Shown here piece after piece: positions 11,056 to 23,550 of a DNA stretch of 64,000 bases (the stretch's first letter is position 1; the number at the start of each line of letters is the position of its first letter). This DNA is from Lama glama (Eukaryota), in NCBI GenBank assembly GCA_028534125.1, contig CM052817.1, positions 84,136,001 through 84,200,000 of the forward strand, given 5' to 3'. A program made the position numbers and the translations under genes. Below the pieces are notes generated by a model. The model was not told the origin of the DNA. It was given only the letters and a program-made list of their open reading frames with translations, and did no database searches.

Positions 11056-13189
11056 CCATGGGAGTATTTTAAATTGGAAAGTGGAAGTGCCTGAACGTCT
11101 CCTTTCCCCATTCTTTGGGGGCAACACTCTCCAGCCCCAGACAAGACCCATCACCTTTTAGGAGAGTTATCTAAAAGCCTGAGAAAAATATGAAGTCATG
11201 CTTCCTCACCAGAAAGGCTACAGGCCCTCTCAAGTGAATCCTGATGAGGAGAATGAATGGCCTTGGGCTTATAGGTTCTATAAAAGGGCAGAGTTATTAC
11301 AGGTTGGAGGTTTAAAAGTACATCTTAAAGAGCAGCAAATGCATTCTATATGGGGGGTAATTTTAATTTTGGGTGGGCATTAGTACTCTGTTTCAGGCAT
11401 AATCTAAAACAAAAACACTTTCTTCTTTAATATGCCATATTTGACATCCTATGTTCTTCTGTCTCTGGGAACTGGATTCTGAGTTTTACAGACCTTTCTG
11501 CAAAGTCCATGCCCCCAGCTTCCCCTAGCGTGACACTAGCCTTCTACTGTCTGGCTATGTTAGCATCACAGGAAGAATGCCCTGGCATCCAAACCGTTAT
11601 GGGTAAAGAAGATCTTAGAAATCAGCTAGCCAATGCAGGGGAAGCAACTGGAGTCATTAACTTGTTTTCTTCTAACACAGAAAAGGGCATTTCCTTTGTT
11701 CTAAATTGGCCCCCCAAATGCTTTTTAACACTCAGTTGGGAGCAGTTTGCAAATGGCTAGTATGCTGATGGTAGTTATCAATTTGAGTCCTGTTTCCCAG
11801 GTTGGAGAAGCCCATGTGTGCAGTTGCCGTTCTGAAGGCACACCTCCTGCCGAGGTGTTGACGGGAAAGAGGAGGAAGGCAGAATAACGTGACCTGCTTT
11901 CACCAGGAAGCCTCAGATCATTTCCCTTTGTCTCTGTGCCCCTTTGCGAGATTTTGATCCAGTCTGCTGTGGTGAGAAGAAACTCTCAACATTAAAAAAA
12001 AAAAAAAAAAAAAAACCCGAAACCCAACTTTCATTTTCCTCCTAAGAAATGGGATTTTATTTCTAGATGACAAGACCTTTGGAAGGCCATGGTGTGGTAT
12101 ATGAGTGATCCTTTCACAGCTGTCGAACATCAGTAGACTACATATCCAAAGTAGTATAGAGGTAGCTCTTAAAATATCAGCCAAAGGAAGACCTTAGAGA
12201 GAGCTGAATGTCTTTAAGGAAGTATGTGAATGTTATTGAATCTTTAAAAAAAAAATGGAGTAGCTTCTGTAACAAAGCAACAATCTTCATAGGCTGTATT
12301 ATACAGACCCGAGCTCATGGAGATAGCACGGGGGGGTCTGGAGATGCAGAACCCCCTATTAGCTGTTATCTATTTTTAGTATTGTTCTGCACACATTTTC
12401 TGTTTTTTCAACCCCCTGGATACTCAGCAGAAATACTTTAAGAAATGCCTGTAACTTAATCTCCTGCCTGGCATCACCTAGGAGTACAGAAGTACAGTGA
12501 CAGGAGGTTAACTGAGTTCTTGGAGAAAGGTGCCGTGGGCAGAGACATAGAGGTACAAATTGGTGGAGTAACACTTCCTTTTGATGATGGGGAAGAAGAA
12601 ATCTGAAATCCTAAAGTGCTTTCTGACATTTGCCACCCACAGAAATGAATGTGTTAGTTATTAAGGGCCTTTCTGTTTAATTAGAAATCAAACCAAAGAC
12701 CCTGGTGTCATAATTTATTCTCCTGCAAAATGTTGTGACCCAGAGGTTCCAGCATTAACCACAGAGGAATTGGAGGTTGGTAAATGACTCTCAGAATCAG
12801 AACTTCAAAGACATTGGAGGAGCAGAGGGAAGAAAATGTATCATTAATAAACAGGATGAGGCAAGTGGGCAAATCTTCACCTATGATGTCACCTGCTTCT
12901 ATATGATGAAATATTACACAGCCAGTTTCAGAACACTATGTATCACAGGATCCCATTTTTCATTACTTCAACAATATAAGATACTACATTAATGTCATGT
13001 TTTTTAATAGTTAAATTAAACAAAAGCCCAGTTCTACCTGTTGCAAGCCACAGATGAGGGAAGTATAAGATGGGGATATACCATAGTTTCATCATCTACT
13101 ACCCTATCAGTCAGTGGGCACTGGCATTGGTCTCAGTTCTAGAAACAATGCTACGGCAAACATCCTTGTTCATGGAAGCTTAGATATGG

Positions 13190-14150
13190 GACATTTTACT
13201 CTTTTAAAGCTATAAATAGTTCAAACATACAGAAAAAAATGGATGAGAATTCAAAAACACTGAAGTACCCAACATTATTTTTTTTAAATGTTAACATTTT
13301 GCCATATTTACTTCAGGTTTTAAAAATGTTGGAATTATAAAGACCTTTTTATTTCTCTTCCATTCCATTTCTTTCCCTCCCTGACCACTATCTCAAGTCA
13401 GCTGTATACTGTTCGCTTCCACATTTTACTATGTGTATATAGTTCAGTGGAATTTAAATATTTATATCAGTAGGCTCATACTCTAGGTATCCTTCTGCAA
13501 TTTCGTATTCAACATTGTATCTTTTAAGACATATCCACATTGACACGTGTGGGGCAAATTCCTTAATTTTGACAGGTTGAATCTACCACAGTTTACTTAT
13601 CTGATAATCAGTCATAAAATGCAATGTGATTCATATTGTTTTTAGTTATTCACTATTGTAAACTATGGTTCATTAATCTTTTTGTAAATACATTCTTAAG
13701 GTTATAGTTGATGTTTGTACCCAGCTATGAAGTTGGTGGGTCAGATACCGACTGTACTTTCCATCAACTTCATGTGGTATTGCCAAATTTGTAACAGTTT
13801 GCACTCCTGGACCTTGTACATACTAAACATGTGCTCTACCACTGAGCTGTACCTTCTCACCCTCCGCCACCAATGCTTTTTAATCCTTGTCAACCTTGTG
13901 ACATGAAGCAGTATCTCATCATAGTTTTTATTTCCCAGATTTTTGGGGAGTTAAGCATGTTTTCAGATTTTTATTGGCCATTTGGTTTTCTTCAAATCCT
14001 TTGTCCCTTTTTTTTTTCCTCTTAGGTTGGTTGTCTTTTTTTAAAAAAATTGATTTGGAAGAATTCCTTATATTTGGTTGAGTCATATGAAATTGCCATT
14101 TTTGTAGGTCAAAAGTTATTGAATATTGGCAATTTCATGTATATAAGACA
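13190..14150 (-). mobile_element. Old L1 (L1M-type) 3' region, interrupted by a SINE fragment and a younger L1
   Basis: ttcaaacatacagaaaa, ttaacattttgccatatttacttcag, taccacagtttacttatc, ttgccaaattt; continues at ~17090-17900. Confidence 0.6.
13808..13866 (-). mobile_element. Partial tRNA-derived SINE
   Basis: ggaccttgtacatactaaacatgtgctctaccactgagctgtacc. Confidence 0.7.
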
Positions 14151-14165
14151 AATATTTCTTTATAT

Positions 14166-17074
14166 ATTTCAATTTTTATTGAAGTATAGTCAGTTTACAA
14201 TGTTGTGTTAATTTCTGGTGTACAGCATAGTGATTCAGTTATACATATATATATATTCCTTTTCATTATAGGCTATTATAAGGTATTGAATATGGTTCCC
14301 TGTGTTATACAGTAGGACTTTACTGTTTATCTGTTTTATATATAGTAGTTAGTATTTGCAAATCCCAAACTCCCAATTTATCCCTCCACCCCCGTTTCCC
14401 TCCTGGTGACCATAAGTTTATTTTCTATGTCTGTGAGTCTGTTTCTGTTTTGTAAACAAGTTAATTTGCATCATTTTTTAGATTCTACATATAAGTGATG
14501 TCACATGGTATTTTTCTTTCTCTTTCTGGCTTGGTTGACTTAGTATGACAATCTCCAGGTCCATCCATATTGCTGCAAATGGCATTAGTTTATTCTTTTT
14601 TATGACTGAGTAGTATTCCATTGAGTATATATACTGCATCTTCTTTATCCAATCATCTGTTGATGCTGTCATTTAGATTGCTTTCATGTCTTGGCTGTTG
14701 TATATAATGTTGCTATGAACATTGGGTTGCATGTATCTTTTTGAATTAGAGTTTTCTCTGGATATATGCCCAGGAATGGGATTTCTGGATCATATGGTAA
14801 GTCTATTTGTAGTTTTTTAAGGAATCTTCATACTGTTTTCCATAGTGGTTGACCCAAACTACATTCCCACCAACAGTGTAGGAGGGTTCCCTTTTCTCCA
14901 TACCCTCTCCAGCATTTATCATTTGTGAACTCCTTAATAATGGCCATTCTGACAGATATAAGGTGATACCTCATTGTAGTTTTGATTTGCATTTCTTCAG
15001 TAGTTAATGATATTGAGCATTTTTTCATGTGCTTATCGGCCATTCATATGTCTTCACTGGAGAGATGTTTGTTTAGGTCTTCTGTACATTTTTTGCTTGA
15101 GTTGTTTATTTTTTTGTTTGTCAGTTGTATGAACTATTTGTATATTCTGGAAATTAAGCTTTTGTCAGTCTCATCATTTTCAAATATTTTCTCCCATTCT
15201 GTAGGTTGTCTTTTTGTTTGGTTTATAGTTTCCTTTGCTGTGCAGAAGCTTATAAGTTTAATTAGGTTTCATTTGTTTATTTTTGCTTTCATTTCTATTG
15301 CTTGGGTATACTGCCTTAGGAGAACATTGCCAAGATTTATGTTGGAGAATGTTTTGCCTATGGTTTCTTCTAGGAGGTTTATAGCGTCTTGTTTTATGTG
15401 TAAGTCTTTAAGCCATTTTGAGTTTATTTTTGTGCAAGTGTGAGGGAGTGTTTTAACTTAATTGATTTACATGTGGCTGTCCAACTTTCCCTAGACAACT
15501 TGCTGAAGAGACTGTCTTTTCTTGCCTTCTTTGTCGAAGATTAATTGACTGTAGGTGTATGGGTTTATTTCTTGTCTCTTTATTCTGTTCCTTTGATCCA
15601 TATATTTGTTTTTGTGCCAATGCCATACTGTTTTGATTACTGTAGCTCTGTAGTATTGTCTGAAATCTGAGAGGGTTATTCTTCCAGCTTTGTTCTATTT
15701 CTTCAGTATTGCTTTGATGATTCTGGGTCTTTTGTGATTCCATGTAAATTTTAGGATTATTTGTTCTAGTTCTGTAAAAAAATGTTCTGGGTAATTTCAT
15801 AGAGATTGCATTAAATCTGTAGATTGCTTTGGGTAGTATGGCCATTTTAACAATATTAATTCTTCCAATCCAAGAGCATGGGATAGCTTTCCATTTCTTT
15901 AAGTCATCTTTAATTTCCTTAATCAGTATTTTATAGTTTCTCATCATATAAGTCTTTCACCTCCTTGGTCAGGTTTATTCCTAAGAATTTAATTTTTTTG
16001 ATGTGATTTTTTTTGGATGTTATTTTAAAAGTGATTTTTAAATTTTTTTACTTTCCTTTTCTGGTATTTCATTGTTAGTGTAAAGAAAAGCAACAGATTT
16101 CTGTAGGTTAATCTTGTATCCTGCTACCTTGCTGAATTAGTTTATCAGCTCTGGTAGTTTTTGTGTGGATCCTTTTGAGTTTTCTATATATAGCAGCACA
16201 TCATCTGCATATAGAGACAATTTTACCTCTTTTCTTCCAATTTGGACCCTTTTTATTTCTTTTTCTTGTCTGATTGCTTTTTCTTGTCTGATTGGATAGG
16301 ACTTCCAATACTGTGTTGAATAGAAGTGGTGAGAGTGAGCATCATTGTCTTGTTCCTCATTTTGGCACGAAGGCTTTCAACTTTTCATCATTGAGTATTA
16401 TATTGGCTGTGGGTTTGTCATAAATAGCTTTTATTATGTCAAGATATGTTCCCTCTATACTCATTTTGGTAAGTTTTTATCATGAATGGATGTTAAATTT
16501 TATCAAATGCTTTTTCTTATCTATTGAGATGATCAAGTGGTTTTTTTCCTCTTTTTTTGTTGATGTAGGGTATCTCATTGATTGATTTGCATATGTTGAA
16601 ACATCCTTGTGTCTCTGGGGTGAATCCAACTTGATCTTAGTGTATAATCTTTTTAATGTATTGTTGGATTTGGTTTGCTAATATTTTGTTGAGAATTTTT
16701 GCATGTATATTCATCAATGATATTGGCCTTTAATTTTCTTTTTGGTAGTGTCTTTGTCTGGTGTTGGTATCAGGGTGATGATGATTTCATAGAATGAGTT
16801 TGGGAATGTTCTCTCCTCTTCAGTCTCTTGGAAAGTTTGAGAAGGATTGGTATAAGTTCCTCTTTGTATGTTTGGTAGAACTCCCCAGTGAAGCCATTTG
16901 GTCTTGGACTTTTGTTTGCAGAAAATTTTTTTCATTACTGATTCTATTTCACTTCTAGTGATTGGTCTATTCAAATTGTCTAGTTCATCTTGATTCTTTT
17001 GGTTGGACTGTATGTTTCTAGAAATTTGTTCATTTCTTCTAGGTTGTCCAATTTGTTGCCATATAGTTATTCAT
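14166..17074 (-). mobile_element. 5'-truncated L1 LINE (artiodactyl/camelid-type): ORF2 RT and C-terminal region plus 3' UTR
   Basis: ORF-track fragments MNRPITRSEIE...[38 protein letters not shown]...[15 protein letters not shown]; reverse-complement poly(A) end at ~14172; TSD-like AATATTTCTT(T/G)ATAT at 14151-14165 and 17075-17089; frameshifted. Confidence 0.95.
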
Positions 17075-17089
17075 AATATTTCTTGATAT

Positions 17090-17905
17090 TAATCTTTTGC
17101 TCATTATATGAGTATCAGCTATCTTCTGCCAATTTATGACTTTTCTTTTAAATGTGTTTAGGACATACTTTGGCATGTAGAAGTATACATTAGTATAGCC
17201 AATTTATCAGCATTTTCCTTTACATTTCATGTTTATTATTTAAGGAATCTTTCCCTACTCCAATGCCATGAAGAGTTTGGTCATATTTTTGTGGTGTTAA
17301 TTTACCAGAAGCAGGATTTTTGGGTTAAAGAATATATGTGTGTATTTAAATTTTACTTAAATTTTCAACACCTATGTGTTAGGCAGTTTTTTTGTGAAGG
17401 GATACTCTATCTAATGAGTGAGAAGAAATATATCATTGTTTTTAAACTTTGTATTTCCCCAACAAGTGAAATAAAAACATTTTTATGGGTTTAAGCACCA
17501 TTTGGATTTGCTCACCTGTGAATTTCCTATTCATATTATTTGCTCTTATGTCTGTTGCATTGTTTATCTTTTTCTTATTAATTTGTAGGAGTTATTTGCA
17601 TTTGACTGATATTAACCCTTTACCTGACATATCCATTCCAGATTTTCCCTAATCTAGTATTCATATTTTAACTTTATTTATGTATGTATTTTTTAACAAA
17701 AATTGTAGTATTTTTATATTTCATTATATCCATCTTTTCTTGTATGACTTCTGAATTTCTTGCTTTGATATAAACTATATAAAAGCCTCTCTGCTCCCTA
17801 GCTTATAAATATAGTCTCCTAAAATTTCTTCTGAGATTTTGCTTGCTTATTTTTAAGTATTTAATCTCTCTTGAATAAATTTTTATATTTAGTGTGAGGT
17901 AGGTG
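17090..17905 (-). mobile_element. Old L1 (L1M-type) fragments
   Basis: ttaaggaatctttccctactcca, tgtgaatttcctattcatattatttgctc, ttattaatttgtaggagt. Confidence 0.55.
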
Positions 17906-19457
17906 TGCAAACAGAAAGAAATAATTTTTCTATCACTGGGTATCCTGATATGTAAATAAAATCATACCATATCACATCACATACATATTAACATGTTTGA
18001 TTTGCTCCACAGCTCAAAGGTAAAAGAGTCATCACATGCCTTTATTTTTCCAATTCCATTTCAATGAGACTCAGCCCACTCCATCATGGTTTTGGAGAAG
18101 TGTATTCTCAGTCATTTTCCAGGGAGCCCCCTTTACCCATTTGGGATCATGAAAGAATTCTAGGCCCTAGTGGTCAAAGATAAATGGGGACCAAGTCCCT
18201 GAGTATCAGTCAGTTGGGTTTCTGTCTGAGAACTTGGCCTTCCTGCCCATGTAATACATTTGTGGATGGGTAACATCTCTGCCAATGTCTAGTTCTCCAT
18301 GCCCATGCTTTGACCCTGATATCTTTACTGAGACCCCCCACTCGGGATGCTGAGTTCCTGGCCTGCCTGGACACACGCATCCATTGCTACCGGAGTTCCT
18401 ATCAGCTCCCGAAACCTATCAGCTTAGGAATGTTCATCCCCATCCCACTGTCTTCTGGAAGCCAGTGCTCCCTCTTCCCTCTCCCAAAGGTTGGGTCCCT
18501 CTGCCTTCTTATTCTCCAAGTACACAGCCTTGATCTGAGCTTAAATTCTCATCTTTGGGCTTGAAAAACAAACAGTATGTTACCAGTGGGGTAGTGAGGG
18601 GTGAAGGTACAAGGGAGTTGTGGTGAAGAATCTAGACTTTGTGGTCAAAGTCCTGGGTATCTATTCTCTGGGTTAGAAATTCACTCTTCAGATAGTCAGT
18701 AGCTCATCTCCCGTCCACTAAGAATGAATAGTATGCTTTTTCTCAAATGGCAAAAGCTTAATAATGTGGTTCATATTTCCTATGCTGCTGCATTTAATTT
18801 TTGACAACTCACCATATGATATCATATCACATTTTATATACTTTAAACATATATTGGTGATATATATTTATATAATATATAAAAACATATGTTATCTATT
18901 ATAGCAAATCACATATATATTATATATAAAGATCTGGAAGGATTACATTAATTTTTGTGGCTAACTCCAAAGGTTGGGAACTACCAAAACTTTTTTTTAA
19001 TTTCAATAACTGTTGAATCATTATCATTTTTTATCTCTGCAGTTAGAAAAATAAATATATTTAGGAAAATGTCACAAAATGTTAAAAGGATGTTGGTAGC
19101 AAGCAAAAACTTTCTAAACAAAACTTGCAAAAGCTTTTCAGATATTTACCTTTAAGAAGACCCTTTCCGGATACTTAGGGGAAGGGAGCTATGATGATTG
19201 GACGGTGACAAAGGAGCAATGTCTTACATATTCTGAAAAGCTGTTAGGTATAATGAAAAGATCCCTAAATTAGCAGTCAAGCCATTTGGGTTTTCATTCA
19301 CAGTTGTGTGATTTTGATAAGTCTCTTAAACTCTGAGTTCCTAATTCTTTCCTGAAACTAGACAATCTCCAAAGTCTCTTTCGGCTCTAGAATTTTATAA
19401 TATGTATGATTTAGAGTTTCTTAGTTGGTAGCTATGACTCCAGTTGTGACTATTATA

Positions 19458-19960
19458 GTGTCACAGGCCATAAAATAACCAAACTAACCTCCTTGAGAGG
19501 GTAGATGCATCTGCCTGCCATTCCTTCAGCCCTTCCTGATTTGCAGTGCTCACTGAACCGGAAGCTTACAAGAGCTTTTGCCTGGAAAATGCCTCGCTGA
19601 CTGGAGAGCTGGGATTTTGTTCCCAGTATGGTCCACTTAAACAGGCTGCCACCAGATCCAACAGCTGGTCTGGCTCCTTCCAGGCAGCCCGCCAGGGATA
19701 CACTTGCTGGGCACTGGGATCTCCACAAACATTCTCGTCTCTGCTCACTTTTTCTCCTTAGGCCTCCAGGGCCTGAGCAGCTGTGCAACTCATGTCCTGG
19801 TCACTAGGAGAAGCTGCCTCCACTCTGTAGGGATGGCTTGGTGACACTGCTCTCCAAAGCTAATTGCATTTCTGTAATAGATTTGTTTTCAGTCTCTCTC
19901 TACCTTTTAAAAGTCTCACTCAACACTGCCCTGGGCAGCACAAGCGGTTTTAGTATCCTT
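19458..19960. mobile_element. Possible ancient LTR-like element (family not determined)
   Basis: Starts tgtcaca, GC-richer internal block, ends with gtaatagatttgttttc...ctcaacactgccctgggcagcac; weak resemblance only. Confidence 0.3.
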
Positions 19961-21929
19961 GCCCTATTTAATTGAGTAGTTCTTCTCAACAAGGTAGAAG
20001 AAAGATCTATTCCCACCTTTCCAATACCAAGCCCAACCCCTCTTTATAGCTGGGGCTTCTTGAAAGTAGCATCTTGGAGAACTGGACTGAGGACTGAGGA
20101 TGACAAGATTATTCTCTTTCTCCATATGAGAATCAGTGTTCTTTTATTCCTAAAGATGAAGTTATACAGTTATGTTGGATGGTTTAGCCTAGAAATCATA
20201 GGATTTCAGGGTTAAGTAGGTCTCAGTGTCACATTATCTGACTAAATTTCTATATACTCTATTCATTCGTATTAAGAATATATGAATATTCTTCATTCAT
20301 ATGAATATGAATATATAACCTGCCCCAGTTCCTGCTGACCAATCTAGATGTATACTATAGAAGTATATAGTCTTTTATTAATCCATAATCAACAAGTATT
20401 TATAGTACATCTGTGTCCAATTTAATAGTGGATGACAAGATAGAATGTAGTATAATTCTGGAGTGGCTATTAAAGTTAGAAATGCCTACAACTTAAGTGA
20501 TTGAAAAAATCCATCTTATTTAAACCCAGAAGGGTGTTAAGCATAAAGAAATGAAACTTCTTATTTCTCCTGTGCTTTTGGTTTGGGTGTATTTGTGGGT
20601 GTATACTGTGATGTTGAATATCCAAGCAAACTGTTGTGTGTTTTGAGCCTACTGTTATGAAAGCCATAGACATGGGGAACAAAGAGTATGGGGAGACGGG
20701 GTCCTCATGCATTTAAGTTATGAAAACTCAATGTGTATTTTGCTCAATATGTAGAGACAGCCATTTTAATTGTGCTGGTGATTACTTCTGACATTTCACT
20801 TACTGAGGGTATGTTTGAGGGACTGTGCCTTCAGAGACATGTGTATCTGACTTACAATGTACAGACCATTTATGTAAATAGAAATGTGACTTTGTTTTTT
20901 TCTATAACTGAACACAACTTGGCTCCCAATTCCTCCTTTCTGATAGGCAATGTAAACATATTATTATTTCAAAATAACTCAGTCATTTCTCATTGAACAC
21001 TTGATCTCTTTGGGCACACATTTGGGCAGTGGCAGGATTCTTCCCCTCACCACACTTCTGCTCTTCTGCTCAGGGGAAGCTCAAGTTATAGGTCTTATCC
21101 AAATGTTCTCTTGTCTTTGCTGACCTCAGTTGAGATGTGACTTCTCCTCCCTAGTTATTGGGCATTGTGACAGCATCCCACTGCTGATGGTTATCAATCC
21201 AAGCTCCATGTTCACACTCTACACATTGCCCTTGACCCAACCCAGGCCTTTTCTGATCCAGTGGCCCCTATCTTGGGGGGGGGCCTCAGGAACCCTCAGC
21301 TGCTTTTTGCCCCTACGTAGGGGAGGACAAGGGCTGAGGAGCAGGAGGTAGGCTGCTTTTAGACTGTTCCCCATAGACAGTTTGGTGCAATGGATGCCTG
21401 TGACTCAGTGGTTGCGAGCTGCATTGCCATTAGAATTATTAGAAGCAAATGTAAAATCCGTTACCATTTCAGAATAGTCTACACGCTGACCTGCTGTTCT
21501 CTCAATCCGTCCCTGTGTATCAGATGCTAATGCAATTCTAGTATTTTGAAGATACATTTTTATTAAGTATTGCCCCTAAATGAAAGTCAGCCATTCACTT
21601 CTAGCACCTAACCAAAGCCAGAGGAAATGCTGGCTGAGTTAGAGTTACTCAGACATAGCATGTGCTGTTTTCCAGCATGGTACCCTCCTGAAGGGAATTT
21701 CAAAGCCACTTTTGCTTCTTCACAATTTCCCCCTCATATTCTAATTCTACAAATGTTTTATAACATTTTGAACATGGGACTTCACAGAATTTTCCCTGCT
21801 CTGTGATTAATGACTTGATCGCTGAGACAGGATTCAGTGTCTGAAAGAGAACTAGTGACTAGAGCGTTCTTACAGTGTTGCCATAGGCAGAATTTCTCTG
21901 CTGGAGTTCAGAGAAGCCTATCTAAGAAG

Positions 21930-22070
21930 CCCACAGCAGTGTGGCCTGTACCTTCCATGCAGGAGGGCAGAGGCCTGCTTGTTTTGTCCTCCTCTGAATC
22001 CCTAGCTTGTGGCACTGTACTTAGCACATATTGGGCGCTCACTATATTTGTTGAATAAATGAGTTAACAA
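21930..22070 (+). mobile_element. L2 3' end
   Basis: ccatgcaggagggcagagg...gcgctcactatatttgttgaataaatga. Confidence 0.7.
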
Positions 22071-22394
22071 ACTTCTAAACAGCAGTTTTATATCAGTGGG
22101 ACATAGAATGTGCTGGTAATTGAAACAAAATAGATCAGTTTGAGCAAAATTAGTGAGCTTCCTAGGGAGCTGGTCCTTGGACAGTCTGCATGTCAGAGAT
22201 GTTGACTTTTAGACTGCCCTGATTACAAAAAAAGGGGGAAATAATATATTTGATACATACCCTGGATTAGACTGCCTACTTCAAGTTTGCAAGCAAGGCA
22301 AACTCCCATGGCACCTGGCCTTTTGATTTTACATTAAGGAATTACATTTACTTCATGCAGAATATTTTGTGGTTCCCTTTAGAATGCTCGTTGG

Positions 22395-22680
22395 AATTTC
22401 AGCCAACTCAACCCACAGAAACATAGCACCTCATTCCTGTCACCTCTCAACCCCTTACCCTACTTTATTTACTGTATAATACTTACACCTTGGTATATTG
22501 TATGTGTGTGTGTGTGTGTGTGTGTACAAAGACATACTTTGGGACTTCTTTTGTTTGTTAATTGTCTTTTTACCCATTAGAATGTCAGTGACCCAGAGGC
22601 AGGGACTTGTAAGATGAGGCAGCACTGGGAATCGTACCTGGCAAATGGAAGATGATAAGTCTTTGTGAAATGAATTAGTG
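22395..22680 (+). mobile_element. L2 3' end containing a (TG)n microsatellite at ~22503-22525
   Basis: cattagaatgtcag...gaggcagggact...cctggcaaatg...tttgtgaaatgaat. Confidence 0.6.
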
Positions 22681-23197
22681 CTGTGCTGCTCCAGTTGTCA
22701 GCAGAACACATCTGAGAATTCCATCAGAGTGGTCTTGTTTGGCGTTTCCTCTTTGGAGACTCCATAACAATCAGTTCATGCTCCTTTGATAGACATAACT
22801 CACTCAGCCTATGTATCATCTTAGCTCTGTCCCTCTGCTAATTGCAAACTTGAAAGCAGAGACTGGTTCTTACCACCTTTGCATCAAAGCTGCTTCTCAT
22901 ACATACACTTCCTTCTCCTATTAGGCCCTATAAAGAGTTTGCTGTATTTCCTGGGTATACAGACTCTATCCAATGAATCTTCATACATGCTCCAGACAGA
23001 GCTTTGTCTTGTAATCCTTCTGTGACCCTAAAAGCACCATACACAGAGAACTGTTCTGAAAAGCATTATGACTTGCTGGACTGATCTCAGTGCACACACT
23101 GAGACATTACATGCCATCCAAGGCCCAGTGCATTGCAGTGACTTCAGATACACAGAAGACCAGCAGAGAAAGTTGACTGGTTTCTCTTCCTCTGCAG

Positions 23198-23313
23198 GAC
23201 AACGCCTGAGGCGTCCTGAGGACTGTAGACCTCAGTGGGTTTGAACAAAACCACCAGAGTGTACAGCCATTCCACATTCATTTCTCACACATCTCTGACA
23301 CCTCCAACTGCTG
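23198..23313 (+). ncRNA. Candidate 116-bp non-coding exon
   Basis: Branch-like TTGAC, acceptor tttctcttcctctgcag|, donor CTG|GTGAGT; stop codons in all three frames. Confidence 0.3.
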
Positions 23314-23329
23314 GTGAGTCCTCGCCATA

Positions 23330-23550
23330 ATACCGGGAACTGATTTAGTTCTTTGCATAAATTTTCTCAATTAATCCTTACTTGAGGCATGGACTAATAT
23401 TATCTTCCTTTTACACAAGTGGGAACTCAGGCACAGAGAGATTAAGCAACTTGCCCACGGTCACACAGTGAGTAATTGGTGGGGCTAGGGTTCAAACCTA
23501 AGCCAACTGCTCCAGAGCCTGCATGCTTAATCCTTTGCTCTGCTGCTGCC
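23330..23550 (-). mobile_element. MIR SINE
   Basis: ttttacacaagtgggaactcaggcacagagagattaagcaacttgcccacggtcacacag...gggttcaaaccta...ctccagagcctgcatgcttaa. Confidence 0.85.

Noticed and set aside
10854..11144. ORF with poly-I/T/N runs
   Set aside because: Translation of a SINE plus trinucleotide microsatellites.
14982..15443. 153-aa hydrophobic plus-strand ORF resembling a membrane protein
   Set aside because: Antisense reading of L1 ORF2, a well-known artefact.
14478..16974. Active L1 reverse transcriptase gene
   Set aside because: 5'-truncated, with ORF2 broken into several frames.
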